Positions 9,769 through 18,494 of a stretch of 64,000 nucleotides of DNA are shown here, one piece after another (the stretch's first letter is position 1; each line of letters starts with the position of its first letter). The position numbers and the translations under genes are program-made. The DNA is from a virus. The stretch covers positions 16,933 through 80,932 of the IMG/VR virus record IMGVR_UViG_3300045789_000711, one strand, 5' to 3'. The notes under the pieces were generated by a model. It searched no databases, was not told the origin of the DNA, and was given only the letters and a program-made list of their open reading frames with translations.

Positions 9769-10113
9769 TTAGTAAAGTTTTGTAAATCGTTTGATTAGCG
9801 CATCACAAGCTATAAGGGCCACCAGCATTCCTATGGTGTAAATGGTTATTTGATAGCTTTTGTCGGCAACGTGCGCCGAGTAAGTCGTGGATAATGTTAT
9901 CGTAAAGCAGGTTAGCATTAGCAATAACTCCAATCTTTTCACTTTTAGCACGGCTGCAAACTGCAGCAAAAATCCTACAATTAGAATGGCGAATGTCTCA
10001 CACACGCCGTCAGGCATTTTTATCGTGAGAATGTTCATTGTTGCAATTCCAATCAAGGTGCCAGCTATCATGCTGCTGATAAGCGCTGATGCTATTGGCT
10101 TGGCTTTGTTCAT
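9769..10113 (-). CDS. small multi-pass membrane protein
   Basis: 114 aa with about four hydrophobic segments; overlaps the upstream stop. Confidence 0.6.
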   Translation of the reverse strand: MNKAKPIASALISSMIAGTLIGIATMNILTIKMPDGVCETFAILIVGFLLQFAAVLKVKRLELLLMLTCFTITLSTTYSAHVADKSYQITIYTIGMLVALIACDALIKRFTKLY

Positions 10114-10352
10114 GAATAGACGATCTCATATTCTATCAAGGTTAAATACTCTGCGATCATGTGTGAGATTGTTGCAATCTCAATCCTAAGTGTTGATGCA
10201 TCGATTGTTGGGTTAAGGCCAATGATAAATGCTTGTAACATTTGGTTAAATGTCTGCTGGGGGTTCTCGTTTTTTTCTATAGCAATTTCAAAAAGGCTTT
10301 CAATATCGCACTCGCTAGCAGTGGTACAAAGCCCATTGTTGTGTTTTTCCAT
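10110..10352 (-). CDS. small acidic protein (at the coi-like position)
   Basis: 80 aa, acidic, upstream of and co-oriented with c1. Confidence 0.45.
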   Translation of the reverse strand: MEKHNNGLCTTASECDIESLFEIAIEKNENPQQTFNQMLQAFIIGLNPTIDASTLRIEIATISHMIAEYLTLIEYEIVYS

Positions 10353-10756
10353 TATCGTAATTGATCCGGTTAAGTTGATGATTCGCGCCTAAGCGCCCTC
10401 TAGCATTTGTTCCCCTAAAAAGGTGGTAATTGAAATTTGCGCTGACATCCTAACAGTATTTATTTTAAATAAAAGCGCCAAAAAACCATCTACCAATAAA
10501 TAATTATTCCTTGGTGAATATAGTTTTACCTCTTAATAGTCAGGTAAACCAACTCTATGCGCTTGTAACCCGCTATTCGTCTGGACTAATACTAAATGAT
10601 GTCTTTTTTTTGACGCGCCAATTAACTGATTAAGTATCGTTTTCGTTACTTTGTTAGGATAAATAAATCTTGCTTACTTACCGTTTCGAGAGTATTTTTC
10701 CTTTTCCAGCATGAGGCTGGCACTTTTGGCAGAGTGAAATTAGGAGTAATCGGGTA

Positions 10757-11380
10757 ATGAATGAGTTAGAAATGAGGGTATATCGTGATGGTGACGATAT
10801 GCGTTATGTGTATGGTCAGTTAGTCGCAAAGGCTCGGCATAGAGAGGCTAGGATCGTGCAATTGGGTTGCAACGTGTCACTAAAGCCCAAAGAGTTAATA
10901 TCGCTTAAATTTAGTCAGTTTGTTGTTAATTCCAGTGGAATGCGTTTTATTCGTGATGAATCGGCATTGCATCATATCGAAGTGGTTAATCGTGCCGCTT
11001 TGGAAGCCTACGACATTCGTCGTCGGACTCACCCCCGCAGTGAGTACCTATTTGAGAACGAGCGCATTTCATCGCGTGGTAACGTGCCAGTGAGCCGTCA
11101 GGTTGTCTCTTATGTATTCCGCTCAACTAATTGTAAGATTTTGTCAGGTGAAATGATGTCACTCGAATTGCTTCGTAAAGTGTGGGCGCGTCGCTACCTT
11201 GTTAACGGTGGCAATATCCCTTTTCTACGGGAACGCTTCAATCAAGCGTCAAATGCGGCTACTGTTGAGTATTTAGGTCTGGTAGGGGTTGAGGGTGTCG
11301 ATATGAAGCGCCACCAGCCAGAAGACGAACAACGTGTTTTATTATCAGTATCACCGCTTTACTTGAACGAGGAATTTTAA
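10757..11380 (+). CDS. tyrosine-recombinase-fold protein with degenerate active site
   Basis: SLKPKELISLK, YLF, SLELLRKVWA, FNQASNAATVEYLG; AGGAG SD. Confidence 0.7.
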   Translation: MNELEMRVYRDGDDMRYVYGQLVAKARHREARIVQLGCNVSLKPKELISLKFSQFVVNSSGMRFIRDESALHHIEVVNRAALEAYDIRRRTHPRSEYLFENERISSRGNVPVSRQVVSYVFRSTNCKILSGEMMSLELLRKVWARRYLVNGGNIPFLRERFNQASNAATVEYLGLVGVEGVDMKRHQPEDEQRVLLSVSPLYLNEEF

Positions 11381-11384
11381 CGTG

Positions 11385-11621
11385 ATGGATTATATTAAGT
11401 TAGACAGTGTGAGTGAGTATGAAATGGATTTTGTGCGTCGTCTTCGTTTCAGTAAGTGTCTTGATACATTAGACCGCCAGTGTGAGCTATTAGAAGCCAG
11501 CCATAAGGGCCAGTTTAAAGCGCTTGCTGCTATTAACGTGGCTTGGTGTATTCGTGAGCAAGAGTTATTGCGCGTTGGTGCGCCAGTCTTTAAAACAGGT
11601 AAAGTGAGGATGTCAGTATGA
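11385..11621 (+). CDS. Hha/YmoA-like H-NS modulator
   Basis: DFVRRLRFSKCLDTLDR...REQEL resembles Hha DYLMRLRRCQTIDTLER...RLAEL. Confidence 0.65.
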   Translation: MDYIKLDSVSEYEMDFVRRLRFSKCLDTLDRQCELLEASHKGQFKALAAINVAWCIREQELLRVGAPVFKTGKVRMSV

Positions 11622-12106
11622 TGAACGTACAAGAACGTATAGCGGCCCTTATGGAAGAGTTTAAAGTCGAAATTGATAAGCATGGTTTTACTGCCGTTGC
11701 TACTCAGGGGTTTGCTTATACCGTTGGTATGGCCAAGTACGGTTTACCTGAAATCATTGTTTCATCGCCTAACCCTAAAATGTCTCATACTTTAATCGCC
11801 ATAGTTGCTAAGGTATTTATCTATGAGGGTAAATGCACTGAGGGGTTGATCGTTGATGCTGTGCCGCTAAGGGGGGATAAGTTCTTATCGCTTAATGTGG
11901 AACCTACCCAAAGTGATGGCGTGGTCATTGATCAGTATATCGTTCAGGCGGGTAACTTTTATCGTTCATATCCCGAGTATCAAGTTAAACCTATGTCTGT
12001 CTGTCAGGTAGTGTGGCCTGATTCAAAAGGCTTGTTCCCGCGTGATGCTGGTTACGACTTTGATAAATGCCCTCAGTACATCTTTAAGGATGTAGACCAT
12101 GACTAA
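11618..12106 (+). CDS. DUF4262-like protein
   Basis: FAYTVGM..YGLPEII and QVVWPD..GLFP motifs. Confidence 0.7.
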   Translation: MMNVQERIAALMEEFKVEIDKHGFTAVATQGFAYTVGMAKYGLPEIIVSSPNPKMSHTLIAIVAKVFIYEGKCTEGLIVDAVPLRGDKFLSLNVEPTQSDGVVIDQYIVQAGNFYRSYPEYQVKPMSVCQVVWPDSKGLFPRDAGYDFDKCPQYIFKDVDHD

Positions 12107-12479
12107 GGAAATTACTCATTACTTTGGCACACTACGGGATATGCCAGTGGCAACGCGGTTTTATGGTGTTAAGACAATCCGCAATCATGTATTGCATTAT
12201 CTTTGTGAGCTGGTGGACGTGACCGAAAAAGGCTATGTGGTTGCATTGGTGATCAAAGAGGTGTCCCGCTCGGTGACTGGGCGAGTCAGGCCAAGCATGC
12301 TGCTGGTTAATGATGGCGTGTTACACCTTAGAGCGTCCAAGTGCTATCTCTATGCTGCACAAGTGGATCTCCGCGCTACCGTTCAGGCGAGGCCGTCGGC
12401 CCATTGGTTTGAAAGTTTGGATAAGCCAGCGATATACAAAACGATGTTAGAGCCGCAACCGTTGTTACGCGCTGGATAG
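12099..12479 (+). CDS. hypothetical protein
   Basis: Overlapping-start operon gene. Confidence 0.6.
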   Translation: MTKEITHYFGTLRDMPVATRFYGVKTIRNHVLHYLCELVDVTEKGYVVALVIKEVSRSVTGRVRPSMLLVNDGVLHLRASKCYLYAAQVDLRATVQARPSAHWFESLDKPAIYKTMLEPQPLLRAG

Positions 12480-12527
12480 TTAACCCTTTTGTTTTAGCGC
12501 CTACGGGCGCTTTATTGGACGAATACC

Positions 12528-12995
12528 GTGAAAGAATTAATAACAGATAACCCAAGCTGCTCAATAGCCGATTACTTGGCTATGGGCGATATAGCCGTTA
12601 ATTGCATGGCAGAAGAGACAAAGCATTCAGGGCTGGTGGCCAGTGATATAGAGCGCGTTTTTTATGATGAAGACACGGGCCTTATTATCCATGTGTGTGA
12701 GTATTACCTTGATAAGCACAAGCCACACGCTCAAACGAGATTTGATGGCGTCATTACTAATCCCGTTCAGCGTTATTACTTTAATCTGACTGAGTATGAG
12801 TGCAGGCCTCAAGAAGAGATCAATGATTGGTTTGGCATTCACTACGTTGCGGTGAACTTTGGGACTAAATGCTATGAGGTGTTGTGCTTAGATGGCCGCA
12901 ATCATGATCGTGCTTCTGTCATTGCCAGCTACCCGAGTGCGTTTGATGCTATTGGTTATGCGGAAAATATAGATGGTGACGGCTATGTCTCTTGA
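12528..12995 (+). CDS. hypothetical acidic protein
   Basis: 155-aa ORF in the + strand gene run. Confidence 0.55.
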   Translation: MKELITDNPSCSIADYLAMGDIAVNCMAEETKHSGLVASDIERVFYDEDTGLIIHVCEYYLDKHKPHAQTRFDGVITNPVQRYYFNLTEYECRPQEEINDWFGIHYVAVNFGTKCYEVLCLDGRNHDRASVIASYPSAFDAIGYAENIDGDGYVS

Positions 12996-13425
12996 TATGC
13001 CAGCAATTAAGCACGAGCTTTCAATAAACGCTAATCTCGACTTAGAGGCCACCATTAACGGTGAGGGTGATACTCGCTATAAGGTGCTTGCTGTTGATTT
13101 CTATTGGAACACGATCAAGATAGAGCGCAATGGCCATGAGTTGTTTCCTGTGGATATGGTGACGATTATTGAAAAGCCCAAGCCCGAGGGGTTCTTTCGT
13201 GGTTGGTTGTGCAATGTTAGAAATTGCGGGGCTGATTATGGTTGCGTTCATGTGTGGACGGGCCTCTATTGCCCTCATTGCCACTATGAAATGATTCGAG
13301 TCACAACGAGCGAGTATGCATTTTGCAGTAACCCAATGCCGGATAATTGCGATTACTCCGGCAAGGTGTCAGATAAGCTGTTTTTGTTTTCGCTTATCAA
13401 AATGAATGATGTTAATCAGCGATAA
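12985..13425 (+). CDS. hypothetical protein with C-terminal Cys-rich zinc ribbon
   Basis: CPHC...FCSN...C; likely start at ATG 12985. Confidence 0.55.
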   Translation: MSLDMPAIKHELSINANLDLEATINGEGDTRYKVLAVDFYWNTIKIERNGHELFPVDMVTIIEKPKPEGFFRGWLCNVRNCGADYGCVHVWTGLYCPHCHYEMIRVTTSEYAFCSNPMPDNCDYSGKVSDKLFLFSLIKMNDVNQR

Positions 13426-13434
13426 GGAAATAAC

Positions 13435-13695
13435 ATGAAGCTATTAAAGCTATCGGTAGAGTTAAATAGCGGTACGTTTAGCACGTCAGTATTAGAAACG
13501 TTCGGGATAATCCCAATGGACGAAATGATTAATGCCGACGATCATGTATCTGGTGTATTGCCAACGCTGGACTATGGCGATGAGGATTACATGGAGTGCG
13601 AGGGTTATTCGGAAATTACTTTTAAAATCGAATGGGTTGAGGGTTCGGGCTATAACTGGACGATGATTGATTCATTTTATCACGCATTAATGTAA
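13435..13695 (+). CDS. hypothetical acidic protein
   Basis: AAGGA SD, 86 aa. Confidence 0.6.
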   Translation: MKLLKLSVELNSGTFSTSVLETFGIIPMDEMINADDHVSGVLPTLDYGDEDYMECEGYSEITFKIEWVEGSGYNWTMIDSFYHALM

Positions 13696-13704
13696 GGCTG
13701 TTGA

Positions 13705-14040
13705 GTGACAACTAAAACGCTTAAGGCCGCACCGGAACCCAAGTACAAAAAGCTCTATTCTGAGGCCAAGCGAACCATTGCCAGTCTTGAGCTTGAGATT
13801 GAGGTGTTAAAGGATAAGGTTTATCACATAAGCAATATGGTATTAAGCGGTACCGTTGGCGATGTGGCCATTCAAAGCGGTCAGCTTGAAATCTCTGTTC
13901 CCAAGCATGTGGCCCAGTGGATGATTGAATATCAGTTACCATGGCAAGTGTTCAGGTGTGAAGAGCATGGCCTGTGGATAGATGAGCTGGATAGCAGCTT
14001 TCCCTATCACATGGAATGTAGCAAATGCCCCAAGTGTTAA
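13705..14040 (+). CDS. hypothetical protein (coiled coil plus CxxH/CxxC)
   Basis: 111 aa, ends at a terminator. Confidence 0.6.
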   Translation: MTTKTLKAAPEPKYKKLYSEAKRTIASLELEIEVLKDKVYHISNMVLSGTVGDVAIQSGQLEISVPKHVAQWMIEYQLPWQVFRCEEHGLWIDELDSSFPYHMECSKCPKC

Positions 14041-14049
14041 ACCCATCAT

Positions 14050-14082
14050 AAAAAAGGGCGTTCCAATCGGAGCGCCCTTTTT
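14050..14082. terminator. bidirectional intrinsic terminator
   Basis: AAAAAAGGGCG-ttccaatcggag-CGCCCTTTTT between convergent genes. Confidence 0.8.
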
Positions 14083-14091
14083 GTATCTGCC

Positions 14092-14400
14092 TTATTCGGC
14101 TTGTTCGTCCTGTTCGGCTCGCTTGGCGGTGATCTCGATACCCATTGCGCGGCCTTGCTCGGTCATCCGGTAAGAAAGCTTAAGCGATTTCATATCTCGT
14201 GAGCGCGCGATTAAGCCATGTTCTGCCAGTTTGTGCATAGATGCCCTAAACGATGAAGCAAACACGCTAGGGCTTCTAGCTTTGTTGATAAGGGCCAGTA
14301 ATGCCACTGAGTCTATCGGCTTGGTAATGTCTCGGGCTTCAAGGGCCGTTAACAGGTAAAGCGTGTCACTCTGCAGTGCTGATAATCTCATGTTAATCAT
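14092..14400 (-). CDS. winged-helix DNA-binding protein
   Basis: FRASMHKLAEHGLI...YRMTEQG winged-helix signature. Confidence 0.7.
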   Translation of the reverse strand: MINMRLSALQSDTLYLLTALEARDITKPIDSVALLALINKARSPSVFASSFRASMHKLAEHGLIARSRDMKSLKLSYRMTEQGRAMGIEITAKRAEQDEQAE

Positions 14401-17392
14401 TGTTACCTGCCTTGATAGGTAGTGGCACGTTAAGCTCTGTATTGAGCAGCTTAATAAACGCTTTCTTGGTTTTTAATGTATCACTTTCACGTCTAAACAT
14501 GGGTTCTGTACTCAACGGTGAATGACTTAGCGCCCGTTTTTGGCTGTAGATAAGGTGGTTTATGCTTTGCTTGGTTAAGCTGTCTGAATGCTCACCAAGG
14601 TATTGAGTGGCATCACCACGAGGATCAATGTCTTTAAAGTCCTTTAAGAATCTATCCCATCCAAGCAATTCAAGCATGCTGTCGTTGATGTCATGCTCAT
14701 AGGTTTTCTGGCTTATCTTGCTTAGGTTTGCAAACAGGAATGAGATTGCCCTTGGTAGGTTTATGCCAAAGCCTGAATACGATAGGTTGTCTTTGTGATC
14801 TGCACTGACTAGGTAAGCCGTGACACTTATGCCATAACCTACTTTGCTATTGGTTTGCTTGGTGTACTCATCCATTTCTTCTAGAGCATGGATCATTTCA
14901 TTGATCGTTGTCATGATGGCTTCGTCTTTGTCTTCGTCGTCATCCATGGCGGTAACATGGCTTATCTGGTTAAGCATAAAGATAAGCTGCTGCTTGTTCT
15001 TACTGGCCATATTCCTTAGTGTCCGGTACTCGTTGCCGTTCAGTCTCTTTTCGCTAAGGTTAAAGCGCGCTAGTTCATCATGCAGCGCTTGGCTTACTGG
15101 GTAGGTTTGCACTTCTGAGCCGACAATCTCAGTGTTAGCTATGCTGCCATCAATGCCTAGCTGGTGGCATGCAAAGAAAGGGGTAATGCTGTTATACATC
15201 TTAACGCCATAGCCGTTAATTAGGCGGCTAGAAGCAGCAATGATAAACACTTGAGCGCCTACCTTGCTCGCATACAGTGGGACATCACCCATTTCAACGA
15301 TTAGCGCTGTAGCACGTTCGGTAGACGTCTTGTTAAAAGCCATCACCTTGTTATGGTTGTTCACTATGCTGGTGGCTGCAGCTTTAGCCTTAATTGGGCT
15401 AGTGCCGTCGTAATCTCGGTACCAGTCCATGATCATCATGTGCAAGTCGTCATCACTCATCATTGGGTAGTGTTCAACCAATATCGCTTTAATGTCAGCG
15501 GTTTGTGCCTGAATGGCCTTTATTGCCTGCCTAGCCTTAACTAAGAAGATCATAAGGTCATTACCAAACAGTCTAGAGCGGTGAAGCTTTGAGTTGATAG
15601 CAGACTCAACGAACGACGGCTTAAGCGTCATAAGGTTAATGGCGCTTCGACTTCTGCAGGGGAACGCGCGAAAGTTCTTAGTGGTTGGTTTGGGCCAGTT
15701 CTTTTTAAGCTCAATCATGAGGATCGGTTCACCACTAAACAAAGTGATCCGGCCTAGGTTCAATGAGTCCACGCCAACAATGTAGCCTTGGCCTGCGGGT
15801 CTGCTTATTTCGTTGTCCGGCATATCCCAGTCAGAGCGGTAGTTCTCATCGTAATCAACTTTGAATGCGCTCGGTATGCATGACTGAGTAAAGAAATCTT
15901 TAGGTGAGTAAATCGCTATGTCACCTTTACTGAATAGCGGAAGCTCTGCAGCCTCTATAATCTCGATAGCAGGGCTTTTCTTGCCATCCCCTAGTAGATT
16001 GTCCTCGATATCAACAAAGGTGCAATTTTGCTTGATATAGGCCTCTTCTAACAACGACTTGCCTTGTGCTTCACGGGGGAAGTCACCAAACACAATCGCG
16101 CCGCCTGATAGTTGCCTATCTTTGACGCCTTGGAGTATGGCCACCAGCTTATGATAAGTGTCGCTCATGGTCTTAAATTCGCGTTGCTTGTCTACTAGCT
16201 TGGTCGATCGTGAATAGACGTTATCAAAGAAATCATTCATTTCACTTTGAATAGGGAACAAACGGGCGTTATGTTCGACGGGTGAGTAAATGGCACTGAT
16301 ACGTTGGCCATCACGAACCATTAAGAAAGCGGCCTTGTTCATGCTGTTGCGTGTGGCCCATTGTGCAGCCGACATATCAGCGTAGTGCTTTTCTCTGCGA
16401 GTAGGTCTTATTGTGATAATGGCGCGTTCACTTGGAAATATGCGCTCTATCAATGATGGTGTTGCCTTAAGGTACTCAATGAAGAAATCAGCGTTAGAAT
16501 AATCAAAGTCTTGGCTGTCTGTGTAAACCTCATTCACGGCTATCTCTTCATCCATGTAGACCATAGATGAATACAAGCTAATCGGTTCGTTGCTGGTGGA
16601 CACGTCGCCATCAATCAATGTCACTATCTCAACGTCTTCACCTAAGTAGTGCTTCATGATGTCGATTTTAATCATCACATTGCCTACTTTGCGTAGCATA
16701 TCGTTAGACTTGCCCGTCATGGCCTTAGCGGTTTCCATCATAAGGCTGGTGGCCTTTTCAAGCGTGTTAGCCAGTTCTTTAGATTTAGATGCAGCCAGTT
16801 TGTTGGCCATGCGCCCTAACGTGGCTTGGTTCTCAAATCGTTTCTTGTGGTCTTGAACCACGCCCATGGTGCCTGCTTCCGGTATCAGCTCTTTGCTGCG
16901 TGAGCTGATTTGGTCGGGTGACGGTAGCCCAATAGCGCTATGTAGGTTTGCTTTCTCATCGGTCACACTGCTGTCTTTGCTTTGTTCAAGCAATCTAAGC
17001 AGGGCGTTTGGATCGGTTAGTGCTAACTGGATGTCGGCTTGTATTGCTTCTGCGTCATGCTGCAGTGCGAGTAATTGCTGCTTTCTAATGGCCTCGGCTT
17101 CGCTCTTAGGTACTGGGGTGAAGTCACGGGTGAAACGTTCAAAGTCCAGTCTGATGCTTGAGCCTTGTGATATACGCTTGTTGGCATAGATCTCAACGGT
17201 CTGAATATCATTTGTAATTAGGTTTTCTAAAAGGTCAGTAATGATGTAGATTTCATTGCTAACTAATAGCGTTGTTCTTTCCTCGCTATCTTCGTTTACA
17301 GGGGTGTAGCGCCAATACTCACCGAACTCAAGCGATAGCAGGCGGTCTACGCGCTCACACTCGCTTTTAACGTCTTTACTGATGTTGCTCAT
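14393..17392 (-). CDS. large hypothetical protein (999 aa) with N-terminal coiled coil
   Basis: Long uninterrupted ORF, AGGT SD, overlaps the wHTH gene. Confidence 0.8.
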   Translation of the reverse strand: MSNISKDVKSECERVDRLLSLEFGEYWRYTPVNEDSEERTTLLVSNEIYIITDLLENLITNDIQTVEIYANKRISQGSSIRLDFERFTRDFTPVPKSEAEAIRKQQLLALQHDAEAIQADIQLALTDPNALLRLLEQSKDSSVTDEKANLHSAIGLPSPDQISSRSKELIPEAGTMGVVQDHKKRFENQATLGRMANKLAASKSKELANTLEKATSLMMETAKAMTGKSNDMLRKVGNVMIKIDIMKHYLGEDVEIVTLIDGDVSTSNEPISLYSSMVYMDEEIAVNEVYTDSQDFDYSNADFFIEYLKATPSLIERIFPSERAIITIRPTRREKHYADMSAAQWATRNSMNKAAFLMVRDGQRISAIYSPVEHNARLFPIQSEMNDFFDNVYSRSTKLVDKQREFKTMSDTYHKLVAILQGVKDRQLSGGAIVFGDFPREAQGKSLLEEAYIKQNCTFVDIEDNLLGDGKKSPAIEIIEAAELPLFSKGDIAIYSPKDFFTQSCIPSAFKVDYDENYRSDWDMPDNEISRPAGQGYIVGVDSLNLGRITLFSGEPILMIELKKNWPKPTTKNFRAFPCRSRSAINLMTLKPSFVESAINSKLHRSRLFGNDLMIFLVKARQAIKAIQAQTADIKAILVEHYPMMSDDDLHMMIMDWYRDYDGTSPIKAKAAATSIVNNHNKVMAFNKTSTERATALIVEMGDVPLYASKVGAQVFIIAASSRLINGYGVKMYNSITPFFACHQLGIDGSIANTEIVGSEVQTYPVSQALHDELARFNLSEKRLNGNEYRTLRNMASKNKQQLIFMLNQISHVTAMDDDEDKDEAIMTTINEMIHALEEMDEYTKQTNSKVGYGISVTAYLVSADHKDNLSYSGFGINLPRAISFLFANLSKISQKTYEHDINDSMLELLGWDRFLKDFKDIDPRGDATQYLGEHSDSLTKQSINHLIYSQKRALSHSPLSTEPMFRRESDTLKTKKAFIKLLNTELNVPLPIKAGNND

Positions 17393-17427
17393 TGATTACC
17401 TACCCGATTAAATGACTGCTGTTAATG

Positions 17428-17471
17428 TTGCCACGCAATGATAACGAATATCTGTAATTATTGCCACGCAA
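17428..17471 (-). promoter_or_regulatory. promoter bracketed by two TTGCCACGCAA palindromic operators
   Basis: Identical 11-mers at 17428 and 17461; minus strand reads TGGCAA-N17-TATCAT. Confidence 0.6.
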
Positions 17472-17526
17472 GAATAAGGATGCAAAAAAGCCGCACGATG
17501 GCGGCTTGATTTAGTGGCTAATTGGG

Positions 17527-17886
17527 CTACTGCGCGGCTTCGTAGTCGTCTAACATTTCATAGAAGTCTTGGTATAAGTCCATTTTGTCGCAGTTATCAA
17601 ATAGCGTCTTAACATCTACCTTGTTCTGGGCCACCAGCAAGCGCGCATTGATGTTATCCGGCCCTACCATACCCATGTAACCCGCACACGCAAACGGCTG
17701 GCCCTCTTTGCTCTTATGACACGCCATTATCGTAAAGTAGCCGTTCTGGTCGCTGCCTCTTGGCGGTACCGTGTTGGCTAGGTTGCGCATTAGCTCAATG
17801 CTAAAGTTGGGTATGTCTTCGCCTGTGGTCGGGTTTGCTTTGATCCACGGGCATGACGCGCAAGGCTTGGTATCACACATTTTCAT
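17527..17886 (-). CDS. Cys/His-rich protein (DUF6283-like)
   Basis: PCASCPW...MACHKS...CAGY pattern. Confidence 0.65.
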   Translation of the reverse strand: MKMCDTKPCASCPWIKANPTTGEDIPNFSIELMRNLANTVPPRGSDQNGYFTIMACHKSKEGQPFACAGYMGMVGPDNINARLLVAQNKVDVKTLFDNCDKMDLYQDFYEMLDDYEAAQ

Positions 17887-17897
17887 GATGGCTATTC

Positions 17898-18287
17898 CTA
17901 AAACTTAATTTGTTCAACGTCGCACTGGTAAAGGTTGGCAAAGCTTAATAGCGCCTTGGCTCGCTTTGCGCCGTTCTTTTCAAAGATGGCTACTGATGAT
18001 TGCTTGATGTCCAGCGCCTTGGCTGCTGCAGCCTGTGTCATGCCTCGGTGAATGCGCCAAGCGGCCAGTGGTGTAACGCCTTGCGCGCGAATGATGTCTA
18101 TCACTTCTTGCGGCTGCTCAATGACTGGCGTGTTATCCGGCAAGCGGTCTATCTCAGCCATGGCACCGCGTAATTTATTCGCTAAGTGAGCAATCCCCAG
18201 TGACGTACAGTAGGCGTTAAAGGCCTCTACTTTGCTTATTTTGCCACTGGCTAGGTCGCCAGTGATGTGCGTGGGTAAGTGCTGCAT
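17898..18287 (-). CDS. XRE-family HTH regulator
   Basis: LAAWRIHRGMTQAAAAKALDIKQSSVAIFEK. Confidence 0.8.
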   Translation of the reverse strand: MQHLPTHITGDLASGKISKVEAFNAYCTSLGIAHLANKLRGAMAEIDRLPDNTPVIEQPQEVIDIIRAQGVTPLAAWRIHRGMTQAAAAKALDIKQSSVAIFEKNGAKRAKALLSFANLYQCDVEQIKF

Positions 18288-18297
18288 GAATAAACCT

Positions 18298-18486
18298 CTA
18301 TGGTTCTGGGTAGTATTGATTATTGTAATAAGCGCCGTCCGGTACGTCGTAATGCGGCACTATCTCACACGGGCAGTCCCAGACATTCACAAAGTCAGCC
18401 TTTGCCGCCTCGGCGGCTTCTAGCGTGGCGAATGGCTTTGAATAGGTACTACAACCGCTTACCGTGATTTGAAGCTTGTGTTTCAT
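18298..18486 (-). CDS. hypothetical protein
   Basis: 62-aa ORF filling the gap in the minus-strand operon. Confidence 0.5.
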   Translation of the reverse strand: MKHKLQITVSGCSTYSKPFATLEAAEAAKADFVNVWDCPCEIVPHYDVPDGAYYNNQYYPEP

Positions 18487-18494
18487 AGTGGCCC

